Below the pieces are notes generated by a model, which made no database searches, was not told where the DNA came from, and worked only from the letters and a program-made list of their open reading frames with translations. The position numbers and the translations under genes are program-made. From positions 88,474,001 to 88,538,000 of the forward strand of contig OX597816.1 of assembly GCA_951406725.2 (NCBI GenBank): 64,000 nucleotides of DNA. The letters are read 5' to 3'. Shown here one piece after another: positions 56,600-64,000 of this stretch (its first letter is position 1; each line of letters opens with the position of its first letter). This DNA comes from Octopus vulgaris. Lineage: Eukaryota.

Positions 56600-58070
56600 A
56601 AAGTACACTTCAACGTGCATAACACACCGATACCTTTCATTACGAAAATGATATCAATAACGGCAGCTAAATCATTCTAAATTTTGAATTTAACATAAAA
56701 ACGTGCCTATCGCCCAAAATCCTTCTATCTTTTGAGAAAGACCTCTCAAAAGACATCAGATTCCAAAATAATACCAAAGCATTACAAAGAGAAGTGAAGA
56801 ACAAAATCAAAATGTTAGAAACGAACAAAAGCATATATCTACAATCTCATAAAACTAAAGCTCTCTAGGAACTCAAGAAAGTTCACCTAACTACCACTAT
56901 TTCCATGCGATAAATTACTCGAATGTCACCAAAATCCACTAGCCACAAATATAAATATAGACTACTGAATGGACGCTACAGTATCGAAATCTCACATTTA
57001 ACCCTAAAAGACTACAATTAAAATTCATACGCCACTTATCAATTTTAGTGAATCTACACATGCAAGACATTAAAAAGGTTTGGGCCACCATCATACAGCA
57101 AAATTGAAAACAAAAACAAACCGTAGGAGAGCGCTGCAGTTCGATGAAGCTATTTATTATGATTCATTATCCAAATCTATCCAGAAAGGCTCAGGATTTT
57201 GAATAAAATTCCAAGCAAGGAAAAAGCTAATCTACTACATACTAATGCTAACCGGAGGAAAAACAGTTATGAACCCTCAATGTAACTATAGGGTCCAATG
57301 TTTCCACAAAACTTAGTTACATAATCAGTCTTTCTATTCTGAACCCAAGCTAAAGAAAAATTCCCGGACGAGATAATTGGGCTGCACAGAGATGAGGGAC
57401 CAACCCCCAGTCCACATAAATTATAGTATACTCAATAATTGTATAAACAAATTTCTAAACCAACCATGCAACAATTGGCCTAAAGAATACAACGTACACC
57501 CCAAGCATGACACCCTTATAAAAAAAACGTAGAAACATCGATATATCGTCCAATCCTTAAAGGAATTATGGTAAAACGAAACTAGTAATAAAATCTCAGG
57601 GAAATTATCAACGAAGATATATACAAAGATGCAGCGCACGCCAACAACGATGATCTTGCCAGATTCAGTTTTAAAAGAGAAGTATAATATACACCGGACA
57701 AACCACAAAGTCAAATCAACAAAATACATCGAAAAGGATAACCTCACTTTAAAATAGAATTAGGTTACCAAATTATAGTTCACCCGCATATGTAAGCATC
57801 TTGCGCTCACCCAAATAGATGCCACAAATGTCTTAATATAAAAAAAATCCAGTAACGTACGTTATTCCAGCACTAACAACTTCCAGTAGATAATAACTGG
57901 CATAAGTAAATATAAACTCTACGCACGCAATTCTCTTAACTATTAATACATATCACGAAGATGGAAAGTGTCTGCAGAAATTCCTAGGTCTATTTCAACA
58001 CTATCACAGATGTAATATATAGATTTACAAACCAAGATATACACACACACTCATTTCATAACTCTAATCG
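56600..58070 (+). mobile_element. Old degenerate PLE of a second lineage (possibly Hydra clade)
   Basis: FEKDL..DIRF...IYLQSHKTKAL (ADKT-like), HLTLKDY (FITLKDHK-like), GLHRDEG (GLYRDDG-like), YSSTNN..IITGIS. Confidence 0.6.
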
Positions 58071-58089
58071 AAGAAAGAGACCATGCTGT

Positions 58090-58492
58090 GACAACAACAG
58101 GTGTCTTTCGATTAAGGACGAATTAATTTTAGCTGGCGTGTGTGGAAGCGAAGCCTTACATCAGGGACATAAGAGATGTCAGGCATAGGGATGGATATAG
58201 ATTTTGCACGGATGGTAGTCGAACCAAGAAAGAATGGTCAGGGTTGGCCGTACACCGGTCACGTGGAGAGAGAAATGAGAGATAGAGGCAGAGTGATAGA
58301 AGAATTAGGGAGGGACGAGAAAAAAAGAAAAGAGACAGAGTGAAGTGAAATAGGAGGAAAGGTGAGAATGAAGAGAAAGCCAGGAAATGTGAGAGAGGGG
58401 AAGCGAAATAAAGGAGAGGGGAGTGAACGAAGTGTGAAGGGGCTAATAGAAAGACGGAAAGAATGAAAAAATAATAGAGTCGTACAAAATTT

Positions 58493-58534
<42 letters not shown>

Positions 58535-59140
58535 TTACTTACATATAAGAGACCCAAGTGTACTACGCCGCTATATTTATTTAAAAAGGTATACCAAAAA
58601 TGAGACAAGAACGCAGAACATCCAGACAGATGATACAAAAAAGGGACAACAAAACATCCAAACCGACGATACAAAAAAACAAGGACGGGTCATTCGGAGT
58701 TTTCTTTCCTCAGTCGATCGAGTTCCAGATTATATTTGCAATTTCTGCTGATTATACTCCAGATTGCTCCAATCTGGCCAGCCCCAAGGAAAAACTAAGC
58801 TAAGAGCACTAGATTCCTTGGAAGAAAGCAGCGAATGTATTAAACGAGGTCGGAAAAACAGAGAAATGGCAGACAAATACAAATGCAAATAAATAACATT
58901 AACAACAGGTGTCTTTCGACTAAGGACGAATTATATTTAGCTGGCGTGAGTGGAAGTGAAGACTTACGGCAGGGACATAGATGATGACAGGTTTAGGGAG
59001 GAATATAGAACCAAGAAAAAAAAGGTCAGGCTTGGCCGAACACCGGTCACGTGGAGAGAGAAGAGAGAGAAAGAGAGAGATAGCAACAGAGGGATAGAAG
59101 AATTAGGGAAGGACAAAAAAAGGAGGGACAGAATGAAGTG
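58090..59140 (-). mobile_element. Family B locus, partial tandem
   Basis: 58095-58270 recurs at 58901-59060; reverse-complement homology to 23630-24715. Confidence 0.8.
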
Positions 59141-59168
59141 AAATTACCTAATGGTATATCTTTTGTAC

Positions 59169-59250
59169 CCCTCTGATGAGAGTTTGCCAAATATAATGAT
59201 TTAATAATTGCTATTTTAATCTTTAGGCTTAATTGAAACAGCTGTAAGAG
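59169..59250 (+). ncRNA. Hammerhead motif with a large loop II
   Basis: ccct-CTGATGA-G...GAAAC-AGCT-GTA-agag. Confidence 0.6.
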
Positions 59251-59617
59251 AATATGACTGATTTTTGCAGATGAATTATATTAATGCTTTATCTCCATTT
59301 TCTTGATTTTCTTTTGAATATTTATAAACCAAGTTATATATATATATATAAATTAAACAAACATTTTGTGTTCTGTCTGTTCAATTCTTTGATGTGTGTG
59401 TGTATGTGTGTGTGTTTGTGTGTGTGTGTATGTGTGTGTGTTTGTGTGTGTGTGTATGTGTGTGTATTTGTATGTGTGTGTGTATGTGTGTGTGTGCTTG
59501 TGTGTGCATGTGTATATGTGTATGTGTGTGTAAGAAAAACAAAAAATGGAGTTAAAATTGATGTTTGATCATTGATGTTCATCAATCATCATTTATTGAT
59601 TATAAAAAGACAAAAAC

Positions 59618-59737
59618 TCATATGACAGCTGTTTCAGTTGGCGACATTCCCAGGCTTAACCACCAACATAATAATTATTATTATCATTTTAACTAATTAA
59701 TTATACCAATTAGAATAGTAGAACTTCATGAGACTGA
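59618..59737 (-). ncRNA. Degenerate hammerhead motif
   Basis: CTCATGA-AGTT...AACT-GAAAC-AGCT-GTC on the minus strand. Confidence 0.4.
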
Positions 59738-60879
59738 AGAAGTATAGAAAAAGATAAGAAAAAGAAGAAAATCAAAAAGAAGCTGAAAGCGGGAAAACGA
59801 TTATATATATCATTTCATGTGATGTGCTGTCCCTATGGAAACCTTTGGACCGGCTAAAATTTAGTAATAGAATTAGAATAGTTATAATATTTAGTGGTAC
59901 ATTCCTATATACAGGAGGAAGGCTACTGTCGGCGTAGGTTAAATATATAGCTATATGAGTATTTTGGTTAGGTCATGAAATAGAAATAAAAAGTAAGTTA
60001 TAGAATGGAAAATACCGATAGTTTCCGAACTAAAATAATAAGAGTTAATTATAATTTATTGTTTATCACTGATTTCCTATGTACTTGGTATCATATGTGG
60101 GTGACATACCTGAAACAACCCCAGATCAGGAGTAGAAATGGTCTGCATAGTAAGAGGATAATATTGGTAAGTTAATTTCAAATACAAAAGGCTGGACATT
60201 AAAAAACTGTTAATCGATGGAGCGAAAATAGATAAACAATGAATATTTACTGTAAGGAGTATTAGATCGCTTGTATCCAAGCAGATTAGAAGTGTATAAT
60301 GTATTTGTGGACAGTTACGAGTATTTGTGTTTAAGGGAGGCAATTATTGATTTATCGAGTAATATCTAAACTTAAGTATGCATTCTCCAAGCGGTTAAGA
60401 AGGTTTAGCCAGTGTTTATGTAGTATATTAAGTTATTTAATATGTATAGATAAACGGGCTATATCCAAGCTATAATATTACACAATATAATATAATATAT
60501 ATTTTTGTGTGAATGAAAATGTGTAAATTGATATAGAAAGAAAGATAGCTACATATCTATATAAGAGTGAAAAGCTGATATCTAATTGTTATGTAAAGTG
60601 AGTGTTTAGTTAAGCGGGGAAAGTGGTATAAGTAAGCTATTGGATTAGAGGGTACAGTGGGTGTATTTGATTCAAGATGGTTAATTGCAGAGCTTTAACA
60701 GTGGGGGTGGGGGTAGAAATTAATTGAGTTAATAGGGCGGAAATCTATGGGTACTCTTGTGGGAGAGGAGGAGTGGAAAGATTAACTAGTTTCTATTATA
60801 TTTAGAGAATACATGTTCACCTATGTGCAAACAAGCGTTGTTTCGTTCCTCTGTCGGGTTGAGCAAGGGGAGTCTAACC

Positions 60880-61320
60880 ATCAAGATGAAAACTTTTGCT
60901 TTTGACACTATAACTGGGTGCTGAAGTATGTGCCATTCCAAATCAAAGCTGATATTTTTGATCCTTCAGTTACCAAAGTGAATTTACTAAATCCAGTTGA
61001 GTTATATTTATTCCTGTTTCGAAAAGTGTGTATCTGGAAGAGCGTTTCTTCAGTTCATTTTGGGTGGCACCTATATAGATATTTGTTATATTGTGCTGTT
61101 ATTATGCACTGGTGGATTACACTTTTTATTTTACTTGTGTTTTTAAGTACACAGTTATTTTTATTTCTGCAATCACCCAGGCTATAAATGTTATTGTGCG
61201 GGGGAGAGTTATTTGCTACTGGATTACTATTTCTAGAGAAGTGGTTATTAGGAGGTGTACTATTATAGTTTACAAGATTATTAGAGTTGTTAGTATTTGC
61301 ATGAGGTTTTATTATGATTA
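60880..61320 (-). mobile_element. Degenerate PLE GIY-YIG domain (second lineage)
   Basis: DCRNKNNCVL...SVIHQCIIT...YIGATQNELKKR...FRNRNKYNSTGFSK...W*LKD...DLEWHIL. Confidence 0.65.
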
Positions 61321-61438
61321 ATGACGCGGAAATATCAAAAATGAGGCTAACTAATTTAATGTGCTAAAACGTTTAATGAATTAAGAATTATAACATTGGG
61401 CGATACTTCCTGTTCCGGTATGCCTACTCTCGCACCCC

Positions 61439-61533
<95 letters not shown>

Positions 61534-61931
61534 CGTTGGAGTTTGGCTATCGTTAATGGAAATCAGTCCGTCGCAGATGGCGAGGAGGAAATTGATATAT
61601 TTTCCGTCCTCTTTTGTAAATAACCAACATATAATCTTGGGAACTCCTAATACAAGTTTGTACGAAATATTGAATTTGAAATGCCTAAAAAATATAAGTT
61701 GATGATGACCATTTCCTGACTGTCGCTGGAAGATATCAGCGTTGAACAAATGAGATTCTTAAAGCGTATTGGATCATGGTAAAAATAAGATAACACGGCA
61801 ACAAGATAAAAAGTTCCAGTCGCAACTTTAAATTTTCCGTGTTTTAGATTCCTTTATCCTTCTTTCCATATTTTTAAAGCATTCATTTCAGTTCTTATGC
61901 CTTTTATGCTGCATTCGCCATCCACCCCATA

Positions 61932-62060
61932 TTCTTCTTCTTCTTCTTCTTCTTCTTCTTCTTCTTCTTCTTCTTCTTCTTCTTCTTCTTCTTCTTCTTC
62001 TTCTTCTTCTTCTTCTTCTTCTTCTTCTTCTTCTTCTTCTTCTTCTTTTCCTCCTCATCT

Positions 62061-62129
<69 letters not shown>

Positions 62130-62168
62130 CACTGCTGCTGCTGCTACTATTATTAGTATTATTATTAT
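61932..62168. repeat. Compound (TTC)n/(CTA)n/(CTG)n/(ATT)n microsatellite
   Basis: Visible tandem repeats. Confidence 0.97.
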
Positions 62169-63431
62169 TGAGTGAGACAGCAGTGCATGCCATCAGTGAT
62201 ACTGGGGAAGGATGTATTATTATTAGTGCTGTTGTTGTTGTTCTTGTTGTTGTTGTTTTCGGTCTCTTCATTCATATCATTTTCTTCTATTTTTGTGTCA
62301 TCCTCTATTGTCTTCATTGTGTTGTTTCCTTCCCGTGTACGGTACCATCATTAATGCACAGAAGAAAAAAAACCTTTTATACAGTGATTACTGAGTTCGA
62401 AACCAGTGACGGTAGATTTTTGCCTTTCATTCTTCCAGACATGATAAAGCTAAATGCTAGTCATGTAATTTTGTTCAATTTAGAGCCTATTGCTCTCTCT
62501 AAATTGTGTGCCATCGTGCACACGGATTAGCAGAGTTGCATTCAGTAACGCTTTTCACACACTAATTTGTAGGCGCAAAGTTTATGGTACCTGCCTCGTC
62601 TCATCTAAATCAGTAGAACTTCTTATCAGCTTTCACCTTTTTGTCAACTTTATAAACCCATTTCTTCTCGTCTCCTTAATTTATCTGTGTATCACATCTC
62701 ACATCCCGTACCAAAACATTTAACATAATCTTTAATTCTCTTGGATTCTCTTTCGAACCCATGTTTTTTTTATATTTTTATTTCTTTTTATTTAGTGATT
62801 TTTTTTATTTATTCCATTTTTTTAAATTTCTTTTTTTTTTTAGTTTTTACCGTTGACTTCAAATACAACGTAACTCCCATTGATCTGACAAGTCTGCAAA
62901 AATGCCTTAAATACGATGGGCATCGATTCTCTTCATTTGAATAACATTAAAAAAATAAAACATCAATATCATTTCCTACTTTATTATGCATTTTTATTCA
63001 TAATATATTTCTTCCAAATTTTCTTCAAAGAATCTTGCAGAATACAACAACTGAACGCGCAAGCAAAGTTCTGTCAATATTATTGATAAACAATATGAAG
63101 CAAGTATAGTGTGTATCTGGGAATATATGAGAAAAAAATTTAATTCATTTGAATTTATTGCGTATTTATTTTCATCATAATTTCCTAAATAAAATGAAGA
63201 TTCCAAAGTTAAAAGAAATTTCAAAGAAATCTTTCTAATAAGAATATAAATGGACAGGAAACAGCAGTAGAATATCGTCGCAGTTTGGCAAATGCAAACT
63301 AATAAAAATTACAATGATATAAGTGTAACCGAAATGTCTCCACATTTGGATATGTGATTTGTCTTATGAATTAACAATATCTTCGAAAGATAAAATGCCC
63401 ACACCCATACACACATACACACACATACACA

Positions 63432-63482
<51 letters not shown>

Positions 63483-63491
63483 TTATATATA

Positions 63492-63548
<57 letters not shown>

Positions 63549-64000
63549 GCATTCAAGTGCATACATATTTACATATATGTCTTTGCATATGTATAAAAGT
63601 TTGTAAACATACACCAATATACTCAACCACACACACACATACATACAATAATATAGAATTACATGTATGTATATTTTTATGTACGTATAAATTATGAATA
63701 GACTAGTTATATATTTATGAACACATATATTATACTTCTTTAGATCTTCGATTTATATGTTTTTATATCAAATATCAATTGTTTTGTCTTGCATGCACAG
63801 ACAGATTTTGATAAAGCTTTATTTGTTTACTTGTTATACTTTGATATCATTTCACTTCTATAATCTCTTCTTCACGTATTAATCCTCTAATTATAACACG
63901 TTCAAAATTTGCGGGATATGTAGATTTTCTTTGGTTGAAATTTCTTTGTTCTTCAGTTGTAAGTTTTTCGTTTTCAAATATACCCTCAAACAATACACAG

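Overview
Eukaryotic, AT-rich, repeat-dominated non-coding DNA. The tRNA-derived SINE families and the extreme (TA)n/(GATA)n/(CATA)n load point to an octopus (coleoid cephalopod) genome; this is inferred from family resemblance. No intact host gene is supported, and nearly all ORFs in the track are microsatellite read-through. The real coding remnants are all transposon-derived: several Penelope-like elements (PLEs; RT plus GIY-YIG) from at least two lineages, a young 5'-truncated CR1/L2-group LINE, Tx1/L1-type ORF1 and RT fragments, and two Tc1/mariner-type transposons. The most notable signal is a dense set of about 15 type I hammerhead-ribozyme-like motifs (CUGANGA...GAAAC-palindrome-GUH) of several structural classes. 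They sit in short PLE pseudo-LTR or non-autonomous elements that land in microsatellites and often form fold-back inverted repeats. Two further short element families show the same tandem, circularly permuted and inverted architecture but lack a canonical hammerhead core, so they are candidates for a different RNA-processing motif.
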